Of a stretch of 64,000 nucleotides of DNA, positions 24,811 to 36,400 are shown piece by piece; within the stretch, counting starts at the first letter, position 1; every line of letters starts with the position of its first letter. The notes under the pieces are model-generated. The model made no database searches. It was not told where the DNA came from and worked only from the letters and a program-made list of their open reading frames with translations. The stretch comes from Sphaerodactylus townsendi (taxonomy: Eukaryota), in NCBI RefSeq assembly GCF_021028975.2, contig NC_059427.1:107012001-107076000 (forward strand), in the 5' to 3' direction. The translations under genes and the position numbers were made by a program.

Positions 24811-26241
24811 CGTTTGTGCTGTTTTTGCGTCTCAAATTCATCATTATATTGGGCAACTGGCTGTTGTTGGCATATGCTCAGAATCATGGGAGAAGATTTC
24901 ATAGTGTACAACATATGGAGAATGTTACATGGTTGTCAAAGCAATACAATGCATTTCCCCTCATGTTAACCATAGTGCCCAATGTACAATTCAAGAATAC
25001 ACATGAACAAATTATTTTTGATCCAATTTAGAACATCTGATATATAACAAACATTTTTCAAGTGTTAAAGGATGCTACATGCAATTTGCAATCAAACTCA
25101 CATTGAGCAAAGGAGTAATTGGCTATCCCTGATGAAGTCCATTGGGGTCTGTTGTACCAAAGATCTCTGTAGTCAGCAAGTGCAAATCTACCAATGCTCA
25201 GACCTTTCAGCAAGTCTCATCCTGAGATTCAGCTTGAAATCCATTACAGTCTCAGTTCCTATAACAATCAACTTTTGTCTTAATTAATATCACTGGAATC
25301 TGTTGAAGCCCAGGATTTTCAAATGACATCCCCAAAGGGCAGGCCTCTGAAGCCTGAAGCCTGATGCTGCACTACCTGAGAATGTGACCAACAGACATAG
25401 GCTGAGTGTGGGAGCCAGTGCATTGCTCATAACCAACTGTATTGGCCTCACCCCCTACTCTTTAAGTTTGCCTAAATCAGATTTACACATGTAGAATATA
25501 TCCCTGTTATCAAGATTGCTGCTTCCCAAACATTCTTAGAGAAATAAAGTCTACTCATGTGCAGCTTGTATATACATAAGCACCATGCTCACCATGTTGA
25601 CATGGGACAGAGCTAGTGTACTTGGTCACAAGTGGGAGCATTTAAAGAATCTAAATGAACGGTTGAGCATACCAATAATAGTTCATGGCAAGATTTTGTT
25701 CAAATTGTACTTTAAGTTTACAATTAAATTATAGCTTTGTGGTGTTTCTCAGATTACACACAAACAGGACTGGTATTAAATATTCAGTAATTAAAATATA
25801 TTAATAAGTTTTACATATTTAGCAAAGTAGTATGGAGTATTGGGGCCATATTCTCACTGAGGCAGCAAACTTGTGTCTGCAGATTGCAGGTGAAGGCTCA
25901 CATGACTGAATAAACCCCAATCCAATACAGAAAAAAAACTGCACATCAAGCTGTGAAGCATAGCCAGAAAGCTCTTCCTGTCACATCTGCATCCAAGGAT
26001 GGTACACCACCTGAAGCATGCAAGACTAGTTTTCAAATTTTGGCAGCCCAATTTGCATATTATGTAAATTGATGATTATGCAAGTCAAGCATATTAATTG
26101 TTGCATTGTCTATCAATTCTTTTGTCTCAATTTTTGGTAATACCACAAAAACTGGGGAAATATTAGAGGAAAGATCTTTTTATCAGACCATTTGTTTATG
26201 CCAGGATTTGTTCAGGCTTTCTTCTCAGATAATAGCAAAGC

Positions 26242-27183
26242 CACTGGCGTTCCTGCCTAGGGACATGGGGTACCCCTTGTCCCCGGGCGCATCGATTGAG
26301 GTCACGTGGGGGGGCGCCAAAACATCCTCTGACACAGGGAGGGATTGAGCAAGTCCTAGAAAGCAGGCATTGAAGCAGCAGACTGCTCCCAGTGCCTGTC
26401 GTAGCCCCGCCCACTCTGTACGGTGGCCTGGAGTGTCCAGGGGGCGGGGGAGAAGTCCCACTGGGCTCCCAGGAGCAGGACTGGGGAGCTCCGCCTCCCC
26501 TCCCTCTAACCCAGCGTGCCTTATTCGCCTTAAATTAAGTGTGGCATTGCTCAGAAGCCTTCTCCCCGGCAGCCGGGCGCTGTGCACAGGAAAAGGCAAG
26601 CTGAGCAGGGAGCCCAGCAGCAGCAGCAGCACTGAGGATGATGCTGACTTGCTTGGTAAACCTTCAGATGGGGGGTGACTTGTGAGAGATTTACATGCTT
26701 AAAAGTTAATTCCCACTTGCACTGGCTTGGAGCTGTTTCTCAGGCTAGCAGCCTACCTCACAGGGTTGGTGTGAGGACACAATTAGGAAAGTGGTGGGGA
26801 GAGAGCCATGCCTGTTTTGCTGGGGGGTAGGAGGTGATTTGTGAGAGATGATGCTGTTTGCTTGGTAAACCTTCAGATGGGGGGTGACTTGTGAGAGATT
26901 TACATGCTTAAAAGTTAATTCCCACTTGCACTGGCTTGGAGCTCTTTCTGAGGCTAACAACCTACCTCATAGGGTTGGTGTGAGGACACAATTAAGAAAG
27001 AGAGTTGGTGGGGAGAAAGCCATGTATGTTTTGCTGGTGGTGGGAGGTGTTTTGTGAGCTGGTGCAAAAAATCATTGTTTGGTCGTTGTGGGGGAGGGTG
27101 GTCGTCCATACCTGGGGTGGGGGTGGGGGGGCACCAAACTCAGATTTTGTCCCCGGGCTCCAGTTTGCCTAGATTCGCCCCTG
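26242..27183. mobile_element. hAT-type non-autonomous element with an internal 210-bp tandem duplication
   Basis: Perfect 8-bp TSD AGCAAAGC at 26234-26241 and 27184-27191. Duplicated units start at 26637 and 26847. Confidence 0.85.
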
Positions 27184-28150
27184 AGCAAAGCTGATTAGGG
27201 AGAGATGTAGCAAGCATGTCTATTGTGGCTGTAATGTACCTCATTGGCTAAAGAAATGGAAGGTGGGAACAAACTTATTTCTCACTAAATGATTGGGCAG
27301 AATATTGCTGGCACATTTTGTCTTGTACACACAGATCTACAAGGAATAGAGAGGTTTTTAAAGTGAACGTTGGGAATCCATGCTAATGAACAGCTCAACA
27401 AGCCAGAATACAGACAACTGAGATATATGGCAGCTCTTTATGAGACCATGCAAGGAACAATAGACCTCAAATATCATAACTTTATCACTCTGCCTTCCCG
27501 TATAGAGAATTATGATGATACAGGTGTGACCTTTTTGATGAAATAGCAAGAAAAAAAGCAAATGGGAGATACCAAAAAGAAATGATGGGCAGGTGGAATA
27601 ACACTTCTCAAGAGAACCTTCACAAGTTACCACAAACACCCACCCACCAGGAATGTTAAGGCTTCTGCTGACATTACAAGACATCCTACACAGGAGCACT
27701 ATAGGGGCTATATTTTTGAGCAGGACGGCTCCTTCTCCATAACCCGCCCAAGCACATAAGAACAGAAAGTCAGCACATAGAGCATTCAAACACTCATAGC
27801 TAGAATGTTTCCTCAGAGTTATGTAGTCAGCTGTGTAGAGATCTGTGGCAGCTTCCTGGGGTTAGGGTGAATTTCCTGCTATGAGACCTTTTATAATTTC
27901 ACTTGACACCCCACCTGGATTTGTCTCTTTTTGCCATACCCATTACACTTGGTATCTCTGCACTGAGACAGAATCTGAGTCTGGCTATAAAACCCACCCA
28001 AGTTTGGGCCCACTTTTCTTTGCTCTCTTTAATTCTAGCCCTTACTGCTGAGAGACCATAACCATGGATCTAACTCAGAGCAATGTACATTTAGCTGTTT
28101 TCTAGAACTAGGGTGGTTTTGGACAAAATCTGCATTCTTCCCCACCCTCC

Positions 28151-28440
28151 AGCCAGCGTGCAGTGATTAAGAGCGGTGGACTCTGATCTGGAGAACTGGG
28201 TTGAAATCCCCACACCTCCACATGAGCAGCAGACCTTTATCTGGTGTACTGGATTGGTTCCCCCACTCCTTCACATGAAGCCTGCTGGGTGACCTTGGAC
28301 TAGTCACAGTTCTTTTTTAACACTCTCAGCCCCACCTACCTCACAAGGTGTTTGTAGTGGAGACAGGAAGGGAAAGGAGTTTGTAAGCCACCTTGAGTCT
28401 GCTTACAGGAGAAAAGGGGAGGTATAAATCCACACTCTTT
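28151..28440 (+). mobile_element. tRNA-derived squamate SINE (Squam-like)
   Basis: tRNA-like head (GTGATTAAGAGCGGTGGACTCTGATCTGGAGAACTGGGTTGAAATCCCCAC), a CCTACCTCACAAGG core, and a 3' GTAAGCCACCTTGAG...GGTATAAAT tail. Confidence 0.75.
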
Positions 28441-31400
28441 CTCTTGTTCTCCTCAGGCTCTACCCCCAAAATGTTCAAGTATTTACCAAGCCGAACCTGC
28501 CAATCCTAATCCCTGTGTACAGGATTACAGGTAATGGCAGCATAGAGACATCATTCCAGCAGCTGCATTAGAACCTTTTTCTTGGGAAATTTCTGGGTTG
28601 TTCATGCGGGTTTCTTACATGTTATGAGGAGGAGGGAAGACCAGGGAACATCCGGCAGTCTGACTGTATGTTGTGCAAATAAAGAATTGTGTGTTTTGGG
28701 CAAAGTTATATCACAACATCATTGGGCCTTCTGTATACTGGGTTATTGGTGGACAGTGTTATTTATTGGTAGTGTGCACATGTTTTGAGGCAGCATTTTG
28801 GAAATAAAATGCATTTCTTAGTTATTAATATTAACAGTATTAGTTTAGGTTTGTATTAACTTTGCTAGCAGCATTAGGATGGACTTTTCCTAAAATCTTT
28901 ACTGAAGCTAGTTAACCTTAAAGCGATCGCTTATGAAATGTGCATGGTGTTAGTTTAATAATAGGAACCCTCACTTTCTCCCTCCAAGCCACCTGGCCAG
29001 AAAGGCAGTTGTGTCCATTGCCTGTTAATGAAATAGCCCGAAGTGTGAATTATTTCTGAAGTGCCTAAATTATAATCCATAGCTCAAGAGGAAGGCATAG
29101 CTTTCTGTGTCTTCAAAGACCCTGTGGAGGCACTAAACATACTTGATAAGCAATGAATTAACTTCTTCTTACACATCTGAAGATAAGGGTACCAGTTATG
29201 GCTAGCTACATTGCTTTACAGCCTTCAGCAAAAGACTATTATTCTTGTTAAAGTAAAATATTGGCCAAAAATGCTCCTCCATTTTAATACTAAAATCTCC
29301 ACCCCAAACTGTCAGAAGCCCAGCTCTTAGTGATCATGGGATGTATGAAATTACCTGAAGTGGGTAACCTGTAATACCATGGAAAATGTTGTGCTAATGT
29401 GATGTAAAGAGGATTGACGTTTGTAACTATATAACCTCTGGGCTGTGAATGTATCATTGCCTCTGCCTTGGATTCAGATTCCTATTTGTTTCTACTGTAA
29501 TACTTCTTGTTCCCTGGCATCTCTAATTACATTTGTGGGGCACCAGGGTTCTTATCCTGTGCCCTAAGAGTGGCTACAGTGTGGCAGGGCCATTGAGGGC
29601 AAAGGAATCTGCAGATTCTGCTACATTAACCTGCTTCCCCTGCAAATGTTGTTCATTTCATTACAGATATGCATCTGACAATCTACATTGCACTTGCTTT
29701 AGCTGGTTTTAGCTGTTCTAGAAAGATTATGGGATTGGCCCATAAACTTGTTAAATTACACTATGGGAATGTCAACACCCAAGTGACAATGGCTGTGAAC
29801 TAGTTATAGTGGAGAGGCTCTTGGTAAGCTTCATTATTTTCATCATCCATACAAATTACATTCATTTAAACCAATCACTGTATCTGACTTTTTGCCTGTA
29901 GGTCCATGAGAATATTTACAAGTGTTTGTACATTACTAAAGTATTAAAATCTTCAACTAATCCTCATTTGGGTTGTCAAATACATCCCCACAGCCAAGTT
30001 GCTCCCTTTCAGAATAATAACTGGGTAAAGAAGTGGTTGTACAGTGGAAGAGAGAAAGCAGGAGTAGTTTTTTTTTAATTTTACCAATGGCTTAATGGAC
30101 CTCTTTCTGAATATTAGCTATAGTTTAGACTTTACCTCTAATATAAGTCTCCCCTGCAATTCTTCAAAATTGTGCAGCAACATAATAATCCACTCTAGAG
30201 TTATTAGTGAAACACTCACAGAACAAATGCTAATTTAACAGAGAGCACAAGGGAGATGTTTTGTTGGCATAATTTGACTCATAAGTGAAACCAGGAACTA
30301 TACAGCAGTGACTAGGGTCATTAGACAGACAGAGAGACAGACAAACAGATAGGACTCCCACAGTTATATCATGTTGCAAAATATGAAAAACATCAGTGTT
30401 CAGGAGGGCATTCTTAAAATGGAATGAAAACTGTGTTAAGATGGAACAATCCAGAAAGATATGGGAGTAGGTCTGTAGTCCACTGCAATTATTGTTATCT
30501 ATTAGCTTTTTACTGCATTACTTTATACCTTGTAATCTCACTTTTACTGCATTGCTTTATACCTTGTAATCTCACATACTGCATTGTTCACGCTATACCT
30601 TTGCTTTAGGCAGTTCATTGTTCTCATTCTTGCTCACATTGCCTGTAGATTGCATATTCCTAGTTCCATTGTATTGTTCATTGGATGTCTTATGTTGTAT
30701 GATTAGATTTTTCTTTTTCATTATCCACCTTGAATCTCAGTGAGAAAGGTGGGTTATAAATTAGCTAAATAACTGAAGACAGACACTACATACACATACA
30801 AGAGAGAGAGACAGTGTGGCAGTTCATAGGATAACAAAACAGCAAATCTCTATCCCAAGGAACTTGAAGACAGAAAAAGAAAGAGATGAGGAAAGGCAGA
30901 GGAAAGATAACAGAGGAAAAAATAAACACACTCTTTGGGGATCACTGCTATTCATGGTAAGGACCAAAGGATTGAAGCCATGACCATTATTAAAAGGTAG
31001 ATCTTGAGGAAGGATTTGAAGAAAGGATGATGTCCTGTAGATGTTTCGAAAGTGAATTCAAGTTTACTTAGTGGTGTCCTCCTCACCCTTTTCACCATTC
31101 AATTTTATATTGTTTCAATTTATGTTTGCTGTTATTAACACTGCCTTAACCATTTCCAACATGCTGTCTAATGTATTTGGGGGTGGGGGTGGAGGATAGA
31201 AGCAATGCGGGTTTGGAAGGGGTTTTTTTTTCATTTCTTTTCACTGTGTGCAATCTATGTCAGTATCTTTACTGGTTACCAAGGAAACTAGTAGAAGGTA
31301 GAATTTGACTGGTTGTATTCTCAGTTGATGATTAAAGTCGTGGGCAGTTTTTGAGTGGCAGCTATTTCATAGGTTTCATAAACTAAGTTTCACATTTTAA

Positions 31401-31643
31401 AATTATTTTATTTTGATATAAATTGCATGGCACAATAGATCTGGTGCACATTTTAAAAGTTTGATGTAAGACAAATAATAGATGGGGGATTATTCTATTC
31501 TGTGCTTCCTCTCTCCATATATTTTAATGTCTTAGGCTGGGCAACCATATTCTTATATCCTGTCCAGTTCACAGTGCACAGAACATGAAAAATCCCCTTG
31601 GCACCTCACAGTGTAAAAATAAATAAATAAAATGTACATAGTA

Positions 31644-31786
31644 CCTCCTGATGCCAAATGACAGTGAGGATGCCTCCGAAACACCTGGAGAATATTCAAG
31701 CAAGAATATCGCTTGGGAGGAGGATGAAACACTTGTCCAAGACCAGAAATGCTGGAAAGCACTTGTTGCCCGATATGCTACTTAGC

Positions 31787-31866
<80 letters not shown>
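31644..31866 (+). mobile_element. RTE-clade LINE 3' end with an (ATG)~26 tail
   Basis: PPDAK*Q*GCLRNTWR (the TGA stops fit decayed CGA in a GKR.RGRP..TW motif), then SKNIAWEEDETLVQDQKCWKALVARYAT*, then (ATG)n at 31787-31864. Confidence 0.75.
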
Positions 31867-32265
31867 ATGACACATGGAAAAGCTGTATGCATGACTCTCA
31901 CGTTTGCATTAACTGAAATATAGGGAAGGATAGGAAGCACGAGTATGCTGGCCCTCGCCTTGTCTCCAACTGATTGCTGGGTTGTCTCCATAGTGTGAAT
32001 GTATGGAGGAAAAGTCTATATGTATGCTTCCTCCTTGTGACTGGAGAAGCTGCTTCCCAAATGTTGCTCATGAGTACTACCACTTTCCATGTGTTTGGTC
32101 AATGTGCAAAGGACCTGGGATTTACAAGTATGTGTATACTATAACTTGTGAATAAGGCTAACTGTGGACAAGGGCAGAAAGGAAGGGAGAATATTTGGGG
32201 AAAATGAGCAATGTATTTATCTCCACAGATGTTTGTCATGATATCCAATGGGTCCATTGTTATCC

Positions 32266-32816
32266 CATATTGTTGTCAAATATTGTTCTGTGAGAAAAAT
32301 GCAGCAGGAAGCTATCAATAATTTCAAGTACTGTCCTTCAGAAGACATGGCTGCTGACATACTCACCAATCTGTTGACCAGAGGAAAATTCAAGAACCTG
32401 CAGTAGAGACAGAACCTTCATGACTTCTGTGGCTGATATTTGAGGAGTGTTGTTAAAGGAAGCACCTCTTCAGTAATGAAAGAGTGAATTATGCTGTTCA
32501 TTAGTAAACATTTGCTAGATTAGCATAGCCAATAGGAGAGTAACTAAGTATCTGCATTAATGAAGTGATTCATAGATGATGTGTTTTGAAGCAAATAGGC
32601 ACTTTGGTAGGAAGCTGTAAACTTTCTTCATTCTCAGTCAGTGTGTGAGTTACATCTGCTCAAAATGTAGATGTAGAATGTAGCTCAAATTAGAGAGGAT
32701 GTTTTGTTGTTTTTCCAGCACGTTACTCTTCCCTTCTGTTTTCTTAGTAAAGTTTATTTAAGCTAATCAACAGTGTCTGCAATTATTTACTCTGCTATTT
32801 TATTTTTACACCAACA
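32266..32816 (+). mobile_element. Ty1/copia retrotransposon 3' remnant (RNase H end, polypurine tract, 3' LTR)
   Basis: HIVVKYCSVRKMQQEAINNFKYCPSEDMAADILTNLLTRGKFKNLQ* matches the copia RNase H motif HID.+YH..R...YC....ADI.TK.L. Purine tract GAGGAG, then LTR TGTTG (32448)...CAACA (32816). Confidence 0.85.
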
Positions 32817-33189
32817 AAAAGTCACAGTGGAGCCTAGGACAGAAAAGTGGTGTAGCTTGGGAGACCTACCCCATACTTTATTTTTGATTGAAAGCAATAC
32901 CCAAGTGCTTTTAGTCCCATAGACAGGCATAATACAGGTACTGTTCTTTCCTGTGTATTAAGTGCTGTCAAATCACTTCCAAAATGGTAACCCTATGAAT
33001 TAAGTCCATGATGTCCTGTCCTTAACAGCTTTGCTCAGATCTTGTAAACTGAGGCAGCTTTGTTTATTCCCCCCACTCCCAAACTAGGAATTATATCAGC
33101 TGAAGAAAGACTGAGCAAGTTTGGTGTGGAAAATGGAGCTGGGGGAAGAAGAGTAAAGAAAAAAATGTCTTCCCCAGTGCCACAGCAGC

Positions 33190-33402
33190 AGCCTAATAGC
33201 CCAGACCAGCCCAATCTCATCAGAGCAGCCCAATCTCATCAGAGCAGAATTGTTCACAGTTAGTACTCAAATGGGAGGCTATCACGAAAGGCTGAGGTTG
33301 CTGTGCAGTGGCATAGCAATAGCAAACGACCTTTGATCATCTCTTGCCTTGAAACTCCCGTGGTCCTTGGGTCACCATGAGTCAGTTGTGATGATGGCAC
33401 AC
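33190..33402 (+). mobile_element. 5S-derived (Sauria-type tail) SINE
   Basis: 5S-like head (CCCAATCTCATCAGA duplicated, TTAGTACT...ATGGGAG). Tail TCTTGCCTTGAAA...GGGTCACCATGAGTCAG...GATGGCAC. Confidence 0.65.
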
Positions 33403-36400
33403 AATTATTAATAACTCAGATTTGATAGATATTCATCCAAAGGTGGAGCTGCAATGTGGCGGGGGGGGGGGAGGGATTACACAGGGATTTTAGGGTATTT
33501 ATGTTTAAATTGTGTATTACTGTTGGAAGTGGCCTTGAGCCTGGCTTGTCAGGAAAGGTCAGGGTACTAGCTGAATGAATAAACGAGCGAATGAATGAAT
33601 GTAATTTGGCCCTTTGTGGTTATGCAGGCTTCACAGAGTCAACCAAGAGTGTATCCCATTTTTGCACCATGGAATATCTCTTCCTATAAACCTTTTAGCC
33701 AGAGGAATAGAAGCAGATACAAAAATGAAGGGTGATTATAAAGTGGATGATATTAATAAGTCACCTAGAAAATGGAAACACAAAGAATCTCATAGCTGCA
33801 GTTAAAGTCCCAGGGGGACAAAGATGAGTGAATCAAAGAGACAACAAACTCATTTTATCTCTACAGGGAAATCTAGTGAGCTTTGCTATTCTCTCTCTTC
33901 CTCCCCCTTGCTCTCTCCTTCTCTCTCTCACCCTCCGCATGTGTAGAGAGAGTTGTTTGGAGAAATGCCTCCGGCATATTGCAATGGTGGAAATACAAAT
34001 TTAGAATCACATATTTATTAGATGCATTAAGAATTTAGTCCAGAGGTCAGTCTAGGGGGTCTGAGTGAAGATTTTTTTTCTGTCCTTAATGAATCCTTCT
34101 AACAAGTAACCAGTATTTGCTTTCAGCTTATGGGAATAGGTAGTATGGTGTATAAACAATTAGGGAGAAACCTTCCAAGAGATAGCACTTTTGTTGCTAG
34201 AAAATAACCTTTTGGTGAACTCAGCCTGCCATGTTTCTTTTTCAGTCCAGAAAAATATAATTACCTGCTCTCAGTTAGCACTTCCTCTTCATTGCTGTCA
34301 CAAATGTGGTTACAGACCCCTCAGGTGTTCCTATTAGACAGCGCTTGGGCTTGCATGCCAACAGCAGCAGTAGAATTATTCCCATGCCTGTGCCATTTTG
34401 AATAGTTTTCAAAAGTTTAATTTTATTTAAAGAAAACATTCATGAAATGTTTGAAGTAGTTGTGTAGGGAGGAGATAGATTTGATGATGCTTATCACTTC
34501 TCTCATTTAAACTCTAGGCAAGCGAGGAAGTACAGAAGATGGCCTGGGTCACACACATAGATTTTTAAAATGTGAAATTCAATAAATTCCTATTTACATT
34601 GTGAAATTCAATAAATTCCAAATTACATTTTTAATCCTCCCATCTCAAAATCAATATTAGTTCCTAATAGAGGTGTGCAGTCAGAAACAGTGAACAATCC
34701 CAGTTTATCAAAATCATAAATGCTGAGAACAGAGTTGTTTTTTAAGAATTGGGAATTCTGGGAAACTTTACAATCTGACTATTACTCTCATGCCTTGCTA
34801 TGTAACTTCCAGACACAAGAATACCAGCCTCCAAGAGGGGCTTGTGGATCTCCCAGTGCTACTGCTTATCTCCAGACTACAGAGGTCAGTTCACCTGGAA
34901 AAAATGGATGGACTCTTTGGCATTGTATCCCACTGAGGTTCCTTTCCTCCCCAGGCTCCACTGGCAAATCACCAGGAATGTCCCAATCCGGAGCTGTCAC
35001 CCTAGCCCCCTCTTCCCGCCACCGCCATCAGTAGCCTGGCAACTCTATTCCCAGACTATGAAAGGCAAGAGGGACAGTGAAGGAAGGGGGTAAAAAACCA
35101 GGTGTGTGGCCAGCAGGAATATCATCCAATGGAATGGTTAGCCAGGGCTGAAAGTAACTTAAATTTCGTATTGGTACTGTTCTCCCAGAATGGTGGGGGC
35201 TCAGATCAGCTGATGAGAGGTATCCTTTGAGCCACTTTCTTATTGGTCCTTTGCACTGGTTTGTACAGGGTTATTTTCAGCCTTGCAATTAACCCATCTT
35301 CCCACCAAACAGGATCAATCACCCACAGGCATTTCTGTACACAGAATTCCCACCTTCTTCCAACCATTGTCTCCCTGTGTCTGTTCTACTAGTTCATACC
35401 CCTCTGTTCTTGATCTGCAAGTCAGAGGTTTAATTGAATATGTAGTAAGATATTTTCTTATGTCTAACTAAGCTTTGGGAGAAAGGATATCTTGTTGAGA
35501 GGTGCAATTCTTGAAAAATGTATTATAATCAGGTAGGTGGAGCTGGAGTATCCATGCAAACCACTAGACTGATTTCATAGTTACTTTAGTTGGATATTAC
35601 ATTTGGATGCAACTAAAGTTTGTTTTAAAATGATGCCACTCTTTTTCTTGCACAAGCCAATTCTTAATGCACTGGACCAACAATCTCTCTCACCTAATTA
35701 CTACTGCCTACAAAAGAAAGAACTTTTCAAAAGATTTCAAAAGATTTATCCTGAGCCTACTAAATACAAAAAGCTTCTTAATTTACTCAAGTCATGTGTT
35801 TTTTTAATGCAATGTAACAGATTTTGATGAATTCTATTGATTTTGCAGATCATGGATTCTTAGGGTTACTCTTAAGTCGTAAGCATTTTGATGGCATGTA
35901 ACACCCATCCACTGGTCAGACACATCTGAGAGATGACAATACATGAGAACCATAAACTGGGAGGGCCTGCCCCACACAATTCTGTATATACTGAATTGTT
36001 TGTGAATATTGGAATGATGAATATCTGTGACATTTTTCAAATGCATACAGTTTGTCCTTGTCAGTTTCTATGTTTGCTATCAACCTTAAAATGCTTGCAA
36101 TGTCAAGATATAAAGGATATATTTTTGTGTCACACCATATGTACCCTGAGCTTGGGGGAGAGAAAAGGAATAAACAAAGCAACCCACAAAGGAATGGCAA
36201 CACATTTGCAGATGCCCATGGAAGAACAATGGGGAACTTGGCATCTCAATGCAAAAATATAAGGCATATCAATGCAAAAATATGTACTTTTGAAAGGGAA
36301 ATTAGTTTTTTTCTTACTTTTGAAATAATTTCATAGATTATGTCATCATCTGGATGATGAGAAATACTTTTCTTTGTTCCTCATTCTGTTTCAAAGTAAT

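Noticed and set aside
31658-31991. Poly-Met and poly-Ser ORFs
   Set aside because: They are translations of the (ATG)n microsatellite.
34570-34630. Short tandem duplications (also ~10930, 11540-11630, 36240, 39210-39300, 52765, 62380)
   Set aside because: Ordinary slippage duplications in AT-rich DNA.
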